This document shows, one piece after another, positions 39,106 through 49,037 of a stretch of 64,000 bases of DNA. How positions within the stretch are numbered: the first letter of the stretch is position 1; every line of letters begins with the position of its first letter. The DNA comes from Desulfatiglandales bacterium (GTDB taxonomy: Bacteria > Desulfobacterota > DSM-4660 > Desulfatiglandales > Desulfatiglandaceae): positions 3,584,001 through 3,648,000 of the forward strand of contig OY759599.1 in assembly GCA_963662465.1 (NCBI GenBank), written 5' to 3'. The position numbers were made by a program, and so were the translations under genes. Under the pieces are notes generated by a model that made no database searches, had not been told where the DNA came from, and worked only from the letters and a program-made list of their open reading frames with translations.

Positions 39106-41049
39106 ATGAACCATCCACCGGATTCCAATCACATCGTTCACTTTTTCCTGGATCTTTACCGGCTTCAAGTGGGACTCCCCGAACCGGATCTCCGTCTCAT
39201 GAGCGCACATGCCCTGACGGACCCCCAAAAATCCAGGGAAATAACCTATGAACTGAACGTCACCCACAGGGGGAAAGGCCATTCTCGTCGAATGAGCCTT
39301 TGCCAACTGGGCGATGACGCGGCAAGCAAGAGCACCTGTTATAAGATCATTTATGACGATCTCCTGGTACTGAAAATTCCGCCCCAACCGGTGGTTGATT
39401 TCGACCGATACCTGCAAAACATCGAATGGGAAAGACGAATATCCAGTCAACTGGCCCCGGAGGTCGCCTGCGTCAACCCCAGCCTCGGCGCAATCCTGAA
39501 GAAATTCCCTGAATTTCAAAATGACAACGAATTATCCCAAACGGCATCCGAAAAAATCATCACGCGTCGGCTGAAAGAATCTCCGGATCTTCAACGATAT
39601 TTGAAAATACGGGGAACCTTTGTTCTGTTCATGAATCTTTCCAAGCACCTGTTCTTTGACCAGGTGATCGGCAAAATGCACCAACAGGGGGATCAGCTCA
39701 GCGATACGATTGCCGGCAGTCTCGATATTATGGGCGACATACAGGCTTTCGAAGCCACCTTTGGGAAAGGCAACGATGCAATTTTTTTCAATTTTGCAAA
39801 TCTTCAGAATACCTCCTACCTGAGGGAGATGGACCGACTGCTTCAGCAGCATGGCAAAGACAGCCATGAGGTACCGGAATACCGAAAGCGACAGTGGATG
39901 TTCGATCAGCTGGCGGGAAAAGACATCGACAATGAACGGGATCAACTGCCGGAAGCGTTCATCCTGAACCGAAAACGAATCGGCGCTCGAATTTTTTCCC
40001 GGGAAAAGAAAGCCATTGCCCAATTTTTTCAACTGATACGATCCGAAATCCGAAAAACCACAGACATTCGGAACCGCAACATCGCCGGTGGCATCATTTC
40101 CAATCTAATGGAAATGCTGTTTCACCTCAGGGAAAAAGATACCGCCATCCGCGATCTGAAACCGGACAATATGTTTTTGGCGGGAAATTCCGACAATCCG
40201 GATTTTTTCCTGACATCAGCAGATCAATACGCACTGGGACTCATCGATCTGGAAACCTCCGTCAATTTTGATAAAACCAAAGCCCTGGAACAGCCGATCC
40301 TGGCCGGAACGCCTTTTTTCGCCACACCCTCTCACCTTTTCGAAAACCGGTATCTGGCAGAGGTCTTCCATGACGTCCCCAAAACCCTTTATTTGCAGGA
40401 CTGGTTTGCCGCCGTTGGGATTATCTATAACGTCGTAACCGGCAAAACCCTATTTGAAAAAACCGGCCAGCTGCTGCCGGAAGTGTTCCGGGTGCGCTCC
40501 AAAGCCATCGCGAAGGGTGAACCACCGGCAGACGTCCTGAAACATGCCGGCTGGGCCTTTTGGCACACGGCCTGCGCTGAATTCAGGAAGGCCATGGTTA
40601 CAAATCAGGCAATTTTCAAAAGCATTTTCCTGTCCCTTGGGGAAAGGGAAAAGGAAATGCTGCTGGCGGAAACCCTTGGGGCGGAATGTCTTCTGCTGAA
40701 TCAGATAAAGCGATCCATTCTGAATCAATCTTTTTTCAAGGGAGATCAAGTCCGCAAAAACATGGTCATGGCCAGTGCGGAAAAAATAGCCGACCTTGAG
40801 AAAAACTGGCCCACCGGTAAGGATGCACAAAAGGCATCACCAGAACTCAACAGCGAAATCATGGCTTTTTTGCGTTGTCTCGCCCATTTGAAAAAAAGCC
40901 GCGCAACCGTGTTGCAACTGCGCCCCTTGTTCGAAAAAGAAAGTTCCAGCATGACCGCCCAGCACCTCGTTTTTCAGTTGTTCCGGCTGGTATTTTTCTT
41001 CATGTACCGCCCGGAATGGACCCCCCGGAAACACCCGGAACCCGTTTGA
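39106..41049 (+). CDS. Divergent Ser/Thr protein kinase-like protein
   Basis: LVLKIP, AIRDLKPDN, LIDLET, AGTPFFATP, QDWFAAVG. Confidence 0.75.
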   Translation: MNHPPDSNHIVHFFLDLYRLQVGLPEPDLRLMSAHALTDPQKSREITYELNVTHRGKGHSRRMSLCQLGDDAASKSTCYKIIYDDLLVLKIPPQPVVDFDRYLQNIEWERRISSQLAPEVACVNPSLGAILKKFPEFQNDNELSQTASEKIITRRLKESPDLQRYLKIRGTFVLFMNLSKHLFFDQVIGKMHQQGDQLSDTIAGSLDIMGDIQAFEATFGKGNDAIFFNFANLQNTSYLREMDRLLQQHGKDSHEVPEYRKRQWMFDQLAGKDIDNERDQLPEAFILNRKRIGARIFSREKKAIAQFFQLIRSEIRKTTDIRNRNIAGGIISNLMEMLFHLREKDTAIRDLKPDNMFLAGNSDNPDFFLTSADQYALGLIDLETSVNFDKTKALEQPILAGTPFFATPSHLFENRYLAEVFHDVPKTLYLQDWFAAVGIIYNVVTGKTLFEKTGQLLPEVFRVRSKAIAKGEPPADVLKHAGWAFWHTACAEFRKAMVTNQAIFKSIFLSLGEREKEMLLAETLGAECLLLNQIKRSILNQSFFKGDQVRKNMVMASAEKIADLEKNWPTGKDAQKASPELNSEIMAFLRCLAHLKKSRATVLQLRPLFEKESSSMTAQHLVFQLFRLVFFFMYRPEWTPRKHPEPV

Positions 41050-41197
41050 TCATTCCGCCGACAGGTCCTTTTTGAAAAGCTGTTTATTTCAAAACAAGCA
41101 TTGCCGCCGCCACAAATTTATTGCGAGGTCAACGGACAGTCTGATAGAATTGTCTCGAAACGCGGCACATTTACGGAAATATGAAAAGGGAGGCATC

Positions 41198-42535
41198 ATG
41201 ATCGAAAAAGTGATCATCATGGGCGCGGCTGGACGTGATTTCCATAATTTCAACGTTTACTTCAGGAATAACCCACGATACCGAGTGGTGGCCTTTACAG
41301 CGGCCCAGATTCCCGACATCGAAAACCGCATCTATCCCGTTGAACTGGCGGGAGAAAGCTATCCTGAAGGCGTGCCCATATTCCCCGAAGATCAACTGGC
41401 GGCGCTCATTATCGAACATCAGGTGGACCTGGTGGCCTTTTCCTACAGCGACGTCCCCCACATGGAGGTGATGCATAAAGCCTCCCTCGTCATGAGCAAG
41501 GGGGCTGATTTCATCCTCATCGGGGCGCCCTACACCATGCTGAAATCTTCAAAACCTGTGGTTTCCGTATGCGCCGTCCGAACGGGGTGCGGGAAATCCC
41601 AGACCACCCGGGAGGTCTGCCGAATCCTCCACAAGATCCGCAAAAAGATCGTGGTGATCCGTCACCCCATGCCGTACGGAGACCTCAGAACCCAGGCGGT
41701 TCAACGATTCTCCGCTTACGGGGATTTTGAAAAACATCGGTGCACCCTTGAAGAACGGGAGGAATACGAACCGCTGGTGGAAATGGGCATCGTGGTCTAT
41801 GCCGGCGTTGACTACGGGAAAATTCTGGCGGCGGCGGAAAAGGAGGCGGACATCATTGTGTGGGACGGCGGCAACAATGACACCCCCTTTTATAAGCCCG
41901 ATATTCACATCGTGCTCTTCGATCCACACCGGGCGGGTCATGAACGGCTCTATTACCCGGGGGAAACCAACATGCTCATGGCGGATATTGCCCTGATCAA
42001 CAAGGTGGATACCGCGCCCCCCGGCAAGGTGGATGAGGTCATGAACAATATTCAGCAGTACGCATCCGGCGCCCGGATCGTAAAGGCCCGGTCGCCCGTC
42101 CTCGTCAGCAACCCCGGGCGCATCAAGAACAAGCGGGTGCTGGTGGTGGAAGACGGTCCCACCCTCACCCACGGTGAAATGTCTTTTGGCGCGGGGGTCA
42201 TTGCCGCCAAAAAATACGGCGCAGCAAACATCATCGACCCCCGTCCCTATGCGGAAGGGAGCATCAAGGCGGTTTTTTCCCGTTATCCCCACATGGGTCC
42301 GGTACTCCCCGCCATGGGTTACGGCGCAAAACAGCTCGGGGATCTGGAGCATACCATCAACCGTGTGGATTGCGATCTTGTGCTCTTTGCCACCCCCATT
42401 CACCTGACCCGAATTCTCAACATCGAGAAACCCGCCATTCGCGTCCGTTACCGCTATGAAAACCATGACCAACCGTTTCTGGAGGACATCCTGCTCAAAA
42501 GGATCCGCAACATTTTTCAGGACGAGTCGCCATGA
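41198..42535 (+). CDS. cDPGS-like P-loop protein, putative arginine synthetase
   Basis: MGAAGRDFHNFN, AVRTGCGKSQT, RHPMPYG, EEREEYEP, WDGGNND, EDGPTLTHG; overlaps carbamate kinase. Confidence 0.75.
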   Translation: MIEKVIIMGAAGRDFHNFNVYFRNNPRYRVVAFTAAQIPDIENRIYPVELAGESYPEGVPIFPEDQLAALIIEHQVDLVAFSYSDVPHMEVMHKASLVMSKGADFILIGAPYTMLKSSKPVVSVCAVRTGCGKSQTTREVCRILHKIRKKIVVIRHPMPYGDLRTQAVQRFSAYGDFEKHRCTLEEREEYEPLVEMGIVVYAGVDYGKILAAAEKEADIIVWDGGNNDTPFYKPDIHIVLFDPHRAGHERLYYPGETNMLMADIALINKVDTAPPGKVDEVMNNIQQYASGARIVKARSPVLVSNPGRIKNKRVLVVEDGPTLTHGEMSFGAGVIAAKKYGAANIIDPRPYAEGSIKAVFSRYPHMGPVLPAMGYGAKQLGDLEHTINRVDCDLVLFATPIHLTRILNIEKPAIRVRYRYENHDQPFLEDILLKRIRNIFQDESP

Positions 42536-43467
42536 AAACAAAGAAAGAGATCCTGCTCGTTGCCCTTGGCGGCAATGCACTGGTGGGGAAAAACCAGGAA
42601 GGCACCACGGAAGAACAGCTGGAAAACCTGAAAACCCCCGTAAAACAAATTGCCGCCCTTTCCAGCCGATACAGAATCATCATCACCCATGGAAACGCCC
42701 CCCAGGTGGGGAACCTGCTGCTCCAGCAGGAGTGTTGCCATACCGCCCCCCGGCTTCCCCTGGAAATACTGGTGGCCCAAACCCAGGGACAAATCGGCTA
42801 TATGATCGAATCGACGCTGGACGCCGCCCTCATGGAAACCGGGCACGATACCCGCACCTATTTCGTAAGCCTTCTCAGCTACGTTGTGGTGGACCCGCAT
42901 GATCCTGCTTTCCTGAACCCCACCAAACCCATCGGCCCCATCTATTCGAAAGAGAAGGCAGCTGCCCTTCCCTTCCCCACAAAAAAGACGGCCAAGGGAT
43001 ATCGGCGGGTGGTCGCCTCCCCCGCTCCAGTCACCATCGTAGAAAAACGCGAGATCAAAAAACTGATGGACATGGATTTTATGGTCATCTGCTGTGGCGG
43101 AGGGGGTATTCCCGTCATCCGGGAGGAAAGGAGTTTCTGTGGTGTTGACGCGGTCATCGATAAGGACCTGGCGAGCGCCAAGCTGGCGGAAGAGGTGGGC
43201 GTCGACATTTTTCTCATGGCAACGGATGTGGAAGGAGCGGCCCTTCGGTATGGACGCAAGGACCAGGCGTTCCTGCGCACCCTCACCGTGAAAGAGGCCG
43301 AATGGCGGCAAAAACAAGGGCATTTTCCGCCCGGTTCCATGGGACCCAAAGTAGAAGCCGCCGTTCAATTTGTCAAAAAAACGGGGAAAAGAGCGGTCAT
43401 TACCTCCGTAAGGAACATTGCGAAAGCTGTGACAGGAGATATGGGAACAGAAGTGATTTCGGATTAA
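42532..43467 (+). CDS. arcC: Carbamate kinase
   Basis: ALGGNAL, THGNAPQVG, PTKPIGP, GGGGIPV, AVIDKD, GSMGPKV. Confidence 0.95.
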   Translation: MKTKKEILLVALGGNALVGKNQEGTTEEQLENLKTPVKQIAALSSRYRIIITHGNAPQVGNLLLQQECCHTAPRLPLEILVAQTQGQIGYMIESTLDAALMETGHDTRTYFVSLLSYVVVDPHDPAFLNPTKPIGPIYSKEKAAALPFPTKKTAKGYRRVVASPAPVTIVEKREIKKLMDMDFMVICCGGGGIPVIREERSFCGVDAVIDKDLASAKLAEEVGVDIFLMATDVEGAALRYGRKDQAFLRTLTVKEAEWRQKQGHFPPGSMGPKVEAAVQFVKKTGKRAVITSVRNIAKAVTGDMGTEVISD

Positions 43468-43725
43468 AAAAAACCTTTTATGTTCCCAATAACCCTTATT
43501 CCCGTCTGCTCATGTACATGCCGGCTCGGGTAAAAGCGTCCTTTTCAAAAATTCAAACCTCTTTTCCCGTCATGGCGCCATAATTTATGTTATTTAATCC
43601 AAAATTTTTCTCTTGACAGATAAACAATGATGTTTATTTTTTTGAAAATACGCAATATCTGCGTAACTTTCTGTTTTAATTAACCTATTTTTCATATGGA
43701 GTTTTTTTGGAAGGAGGGTTGAATT

Positions 43726-44190
43726 ATGATTTTCAGAAGGATGAACAGTTGGCCAACATGGCATTTTGGAGATCAATGGGATCAAACGGATCGACTGAGA
43801 AAAGCGTTAAATACCCTCACCGAAAGTCTATCCGGCAGGGATTTTGGAGAACCTTCAGCGGGCGTCTTTCCATTGATGAATGTGACCGAAGATACAAACC
43901 ATTTCTATATTCGCGCCGAGCTTCCGGGAATAAAAGCCAACGAACTGAACATTTCCGTCACCGGCGACAGTTTTTCTATTTCAGGGGAGAGGAAAACGCC
44001 CCAAGAGCAGGAAAATTCGAAATACCACCGAAGAGAACGGGAATTCGGCAAGTTCAGTAGAATCATGAATTTACCGTCGCAGGTGGACACCAACAAGGTT
44101 GAAGCCGCCATGGTGAACGGCATTCTTAAAGTTACATTGGCCAAAAGCGAAGCGGCAAAACCAAAGCAGATTACGGTAGCAGGCGTGTAG
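43726..44190 (+). CDS. Hsp20 small heat-shock protein
   Basis: AELPG, ISGERK, NGILKVTL. Confidence 0.93.
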   Translation: MIFRRMNSWPTWHFGDQWDQTDRLRKALNTLTESLSGRDFGEPSAGVFPLMNVTEDTNHFYIRAELPGIKANELNISVTGDSFSISGERKTPQEQENSKYHRREREFGKFSRIMNLPSQVDTNKVEAAMVNGILKVTLAKSEAAKPKQITVAGV

Positions 44191-44222
44191 GAAATATTTA
44201 TCAAGGAAAGGGGGTCGTAAAA

Positions 44223-44633
44223 ATGACGGATACGGAAAGCAAAGCCTTACAGGCAAAAGAGAAATCAGAACTGAGATCCACCGCCGAAGAAACAAAACCG
44301 GGCCCCATCTTTACCCCGGCCGTGGATATCTTTGAAACGGAGAAGGCCCTTACGCTGCTGGCGGACATGCCGGGTATTCAGGCGAAGGATCTGAGCATTG
44401 ACCTAAGAGAAGGTGTTCTGGCGCTTTCGACCCATGTGCCGTTAGAGGGAACGTCTGAAGAGATGGACTTGCTGAGGGAATACCAGACCGGAAACTACTA
44501 CCGAAAATTCAATTTGTCCGATATAATTGATCAGTCCAGAATTGAAGCCAAATTAACTGACGGTGTTTTGAGGTTGACGTTGCCCAAAATTGAGGCGGCG
44601 GCACCTCGAAGGATTGAAGTAAAGACCGGATAG
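44223..44633 (+). CDS. Hsp20 small heat-shock protein
   Basis: PAVDIFET, ADMPG, DGVLRLTLPK. Confidence 0.93.
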   Translation: MTDTESKALQAKEKSELRSTAEETKPGPIFTPAVDIFETEKALTLLADMPGIQAKDLSIDLREGVLALSTHVPLEGTSEEMDLLREYQTGNYYRKFNLSDIIDQSRIEAKLTDGVLRLTLPKIEAAAPRRIEVKTG

Positions 44634-44664
44634 CCTTTCATCCACATAACCCGAAAAATCGTAT

Positions 44665-44700
44665 AAAACCCCGGTGGGGAGATAATGCCCGTCGGGGTTT
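44665..44700. terminator. Probable bidirectional intrinsic terminator
   Basis: AAACCCCG...CGGGGTTT stem between convergent genes. Confidence 0.55.
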
Positions 44701-44717
44701 CATTAAAAAATTCAAGA

Positions 44718-45417
44718 TCAATCACTTCGGGAACGCACCGCAAAAACCCGCTCATTGCAGGAATTGCCGCGAAAAATATACCCCCTGTAACCGTGGCCGA
44801 AGGAAAAGCTCCTCGCCTCGGCTGAACCCTCAAGTTCTCCTGACCAAACCCACCATCCTCGGGTCTTCAAATGGGGCGTCATATTCCGCAAACCCGTCCC
44901 TTTTTTGTAAAGACTTTCCAGTTCATCCAAGGTCGGCATTCTCCAACCGCCGCCGTCGATGTCGAGACTTTGCACCCAGGAGTTTGCTTCATCCCAAGTT
45001 GTGTTCTTATCAGGACCGGCAAGCCACTCAAGACCCATACGGGTGTCCCGTACGATCCCATTGGCGAAAACCAAATAAACCCCATCCCGATTGGCGGGAT
45101 TGGACCTGAAGGTAGGTGGTACGCGTATTTTATAGTCATCCCTTTTTGCAGTTGTGCTAACATGACTTGATTCGTCATTAGCAAAAAAAGAACGGCAATA
45201 AAAATAATGGCTTTCATTGTCTTCATAAAGACTTTCCGGCATAAACCCCATCCCGATTGGCGGGATTGGACCTGAAGGTAGGTGGTACGCGTATTTTATA
45301 GTCATCCCTTTTTGCAGTTGTCAATGAATCTTGATTTTCTGCTTGTGCTAACATGACTTGATTCGTCATTAGCAAAAAAAGAACGGCAATAAAAATAATG
45401 GCTTTCATTGTCTTCAT
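44718..45417 (-). pseudogene. Secreted DUF1566/Lcl-like gene disrupted by a 5' tandem duplication
   Basis: 45075-45226 repeats 45241-45417 minus 25 nt; C-terminal GLEW...WRMPTLDEL...VWS...AVR. Confidence 0.75.
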
Positions 45418-45894
45418 GGCATTCCTCCATTGTCTTGGGCTTTGATCATAATGGCATCACATCCTACGAGACAAAATCCCCCCGAGACCTTTAAAAAAGA
45501 TAATTGACCAAATAGGTTGGAATGGATCATAGTGTAAAATTGTTTGAAGGAAAACATAAAATAGATGAAAAGTAAAGTGCGTAGAGAGGAATTTTAACTG
45601 GATATTGCCAATAAAGGAGACCCTCGGCTTATTTGTCCTGGATCGTCTGGGGATTGGGCGCCACTTTTAACCGACCACATTTGGGATGATGAAAAGAGAC
45701 GGTTGAAGCATTTATAAAAACGTGTTGGAATATTTTTTTTCATCGGAATCAAAAACACATTGACCTATGGTATGACTTTCAGGCAAAATAGAGATTAACT
45801 GTATTTTCAGAGTAGGGTTGTAACCGTGCTATTGATGTTGAGTAGGCGGTCAAAACATAAATGGGCTTTTGGCTCAAAATTCTAAGGAGGAAGA

Positions 45895-47079
45895 ATGATG
45901 AAAAGAAACAGCTATTGGAAGGTTCTCTTGTTTGGCTTAATGGGTTTACTTCTGGCCGCCTGCGCCACGACAAAACCCGTGGCGCCATTCAACGCGCTTG
46001 ATCTTAACCCCATGTTGCAGAGCGGGGACTATGTGCTCAAGGCTAATAATTTCATGGTCATCCTTGATAAATCCGGATCCATGGGGGAAATGTACAAAGG
46101 AAACCTCAAACTGGATTGTGCCAAAGACTTGGCAAGCGGCTTCAGCCATACCGTTCCCAACGCTAATATCACCGGCGCCCTCAGAACGTTTGGTAAAAAA
46201 GAAAATATGAGTTCCGTAATGACGGAACTTCTGTGGGGACCGGCAACCCAAAACAACGCCGCATTTGACGCCGGTCTGAACAAAATCGGATTCAGTAACG
46301 GCGAAAGCCCCTTGAACCTTGCACTGGATGCAGCAGCTCAAGATTTCAAATCCGCTCAAGGCAATGTCGCGCTTGTCATTTTTACGGATGCCAACGAGGA
46401 CGTCATGAACTATGACGCCGTGAAAAAATCCGTTATGGCTCTGAAAAGTCAGTATGGCGACAGGCTTTGCATCTATCCCGTACTCATCGGCGACGACAAA
46501 GAAGCCGCAAAGTTCCTGGGACAGGTTGCGGAAGATGGGAAATGCGGATTCATGGTCAAGGGCGATGATATCGCCTCCAGCAAAGGCATGGCCGATTTCG
46601 TGGCAAACGTCTTCTTGCAGCAGGCGCCGCCGGCAGTCGTGGAAGAAGTGGTGATCATTCTGGATTCCGACGGCGACGGCGTGCCCGACAACCTGGACAA
46701 ATGTCCGGGAACCCCTAAAGGCGCCAAGGTCAACGAGTTTGGATGCTGGGTATTGGGAGAAATCCTGTTTGACTTTGACAAATACAACATCAAACCCGAA
46801 TATTACGGCTTCCTGGACGATGCCACCAAGGTGTTCGAAATGAATCCCTCCATGAGAGTAGAGGTTCAAGGAAACACAGACAATATCGGAACCAAGAAAT
46901 ACAACAAGAAGCTCTCCATGGAGCGTGCAAATGCCGTGTTGCAGTATCTGGTCAAAAAAGGCATCGCTCAAAGCCGATTGACCGCCAGGGGCTTCGGTTT
47001 TTCACGTCCCGTAGCCACCAATGACACAGCTGAAGGACGCGCCCTGAACAGAAGGGTTGAGCTGACACCTATGCCGTAA
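45895..47079 (+). CDS. OmpA-family lipoprotein with vWA domain
   Basis: Lipobox LAAC, DKSGSM, DSDGDGVPD, FDFDK, NRRVE. Confidence 0.92.
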   Translation: MMKRNSYWKVLLFGLMGLLLAACATTKPVAPFNALDLNPMLQSGDYVLKANNFMVILDKSGSMGEMYKGNLKLDCAKDLASGFSHTVPNANITGALRTFGKKENMSSVMTELLWGPATQNNAAFDAGLNKIGFSNGESPLNLALDAAAQDFKSAQGNVALVIFTDANEDVMNYDAVKKSVMALKSQYGDRLCIYPVLIGDDKEAAKFLGQVAEDGKCGFMVKGDDIASSKGMADFVANVFLQQAPPAVVEEVVIILDSDGDGVPDNLDKCPGTPKGAKVNEFGCWVLGEILFDFDKYNIKPEYYGFLDDATKVFEMNPSMRVEVQGNTDNIGTKKYNKKLSMERANAVLQYLVKKGIAQSRLTARGFGFSRPVATNDTAEGRALNRRVELTPMP

Positions 47080-47112
47080 AATCGGTTAGGACACTTTAAA
47101 CCATTAACCACA

Positions 47113-47163
47113 AACATGGGGATCGGGTACTCTGTTATGTACCCGGTCCCCATGTTATTTTTT
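47113..47163. terminator. Intrinsic terminator
   Basis: AACATGGGGATCGGGTAC ... GTACCCGGTCCCCATGTT followed by a T-tract. Confidence 0.8.
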
Positions 47164-47195
47164 ATTCACCGTAAACTGCAAATCACAACAGGTTG

Positions 47196-48104
47196 TTATT
47201 CTTTCGGCCGTACCGAGAGAACTGGACAGGGCGCCTGCCGGACAACGCGGTCCGTGGTTGACCCCACCAGAAGCGACTCCATAACGCTGTGCCCTCGAAC
47301 CCCCAGCACAATCAAATCCACCTCATTCACCACAGCATACTTGGTAAGCTCATCGGAAGGGTGTCCCGCCAGAAGCAGTGTTTCCGGGATACACCACTGT
47401 TTTGCATCCTCGGGTACCATATCTTCAAGCTTTTGGGTCAACTTCTCTCTCAATCCTTCCCGACCGGAATCGGACGCCCCCGCCGTCGAGGACAACATGT
47501 CTTTATAAATCCTCGGCTCCAGCACATGCGCCAGATACAATTCCGCTTGAAATTCCTGGGCCAGACTGAGCCCATACTTCACCGCCAGATCGGAATCGGC
47601 GGAAAAGTCACACCCCACCAGAATCCTTTTGAGTTTTATCTCTGCCGTAACAGGCGCCGCCGGCTCCCGTTCCAAACTCCGCACAATATACATGGGACAG
47701 GGGAGTGTTCGCATTAAGCGCTCCGTCACGGATCCCAGGATCAGCCGCTTCAATCCGGAACGGCCGTGGGTAGCGGAAACCACTAGATCGGCGCCCTTTT
47801 CTTTGGCAATCATAGCAATTTCATCGGCCGTATGCCCCACGGAGGTCAGTGATTCCCAAATGATATCCGTATCTCCAATCAAATCTTCCAGATGCTTGTG
47901 CGCATAATCGGTAATTTTGGATTCCAGCATCAAAGGATCCGAGAATCCCTCCCCGTACATGGCAACAGAAGACAAATCAATTACATGACACAAATAGAGC
48001 TTGGCGCCGAACTCCTTGGCCAGGGCAACGCCAAAAGGGACGGCGCGGTTTGAAAAATCTGAAAAATCAGTGGTACAAACAATTGTTTTAATATCAATTT
48101 TCAT
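47196..48104 (-). CDS. Tandem universal stress protein
   Basis: Two USP domains (THGRSG...GSVTE; VRGHS...GSTTD). Confidence 0.93.
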   Translation of the reverse strand: MKIDIKTIVCTTDFSDFSNRAVPFGVALAKEFGAKLYLCHVIDLSSVAMYGEGFSDPLMLESKITDYAHKHLEDLIGDTDIIWESLTSVGHTADEIAMIAKEKGADLVVSATHGRSGLKRLILGSVTERLMRTLPCPMYIVRSLEREPAAPVTAEIKLKRILVGCDFSADSDLAVKYGLSLAQEFQAELYLAHVLEPRIYKDMLSSTAGASDSGREGLREKLTQKLEDMVPEDAKQWCIPETLLLAGHPSDELTKYAVVNEVDLIVLGVRGHSVMESLLVGSTTDRVVRQAPCPVLSVRPKE

Positions 48105-48299
48105 AGCTCAATACCTCCTTTCTCGTTGTTTCTCATAACAGAATTTCTTTAAACTAAAAAACCCCGCAAAAATCTAAGCAACCGACAATTCTCCATTCGG
48201 GAACCACCGGTTGCCGAAGCCACCCTTAACTGAAAAAACATTCATTTGCCTAAAAGCAACCCTTTGCCCGCAACAACACAGATCCCATGGCCGCAGGCG

Positions 48300-48593
48300 C
48301 TACATTTCATGATAAACCGGTTTTTTCATTTCTGAAAAAGGGAAATTATAAAAGACATTATGCCCATCATAATCCATTACCCGTAAATCATCTGACTGTT
48401 TGAGATCGCCCATGACCACCTCAAAATGCTTGCCGTATTTTTTCTTGACACTTTCGATCGGAACCTCGGAGGCAATAAATTTCTTAATCCCCTTGGCCGC
48501 TAGTTTTCCCACAAATTTTTCATCGTCAAAAGATGCATAACTGGTTAAAATCAGTATCGGACCTGTTCCTCCAAAAATAATACCCGCTATCAT
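48300..48593 (-). CDS. Hypothetical protein
   Basis: RBS GGAGG and a 97-aa ORF; no recognised motif. Confidence 0.6.
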   Translation of the reverse strand: MIAGIIFGGTGPILILTSYASFDDEKFVGKLAAKGIKKFIASEVPIESVKKKYGKHFEVVMGDLKQSDDLRVMDYDGHNVFYNFPFSEMKKPVYHEM

Positions 48594-48736
48594 GACAATT
48601 CCTCCTTTCAATAGTTAAGGGCGGCGGTTTCCCGTATCTTTTCGTGGACGGCTTTAATCCAACAGCCTTCCGAATATCCGGTTTCAGCGAAGATCCTACC
48701 ACAAAATCCAGAATTGCACTTATATAGAGCATCCCA

Positions 48737-48905
48737 TCAGGGAATGAGGGCCAGCCAGAGGATAAATGTCCCCGAGGAAATGATGGTGCAAAGAGAAATG
48801 GCCGCATTGGCAAAATCCGGATCCCCCTTCATTTCCTTTGCCATTACATAAGTGACGGTAGCAGTGGGGGATGCCAGCAGAATAATCCCCGGCAAATAAT
48901 CCACG
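48737..48905 (-). pseudogene. C-terminal fragment of an AEC-family transporter
   Basis: PGIILLASPTATVTYVMAKEMKGDPDFANAAIS with no upstream gene body. Confidence 0.6.
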
Positions 48906-49037
48906 GCTATTGACTAAAGACATGATCTGAAGTATAAAAACGGATTTTATTCATTCTGTTCAAGGGTGTATTTTTAGCGGTTTTATTCAGCCATAACAGG
49001 TCTACATCACTAAGGGACCGGAAACAGTCAGGGGATT

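Noticed and set aside
44718..44900. Fourth DGR target in the distant Lcl-like gene
   Set aside because: Its 3' sequence does not align with the TR.
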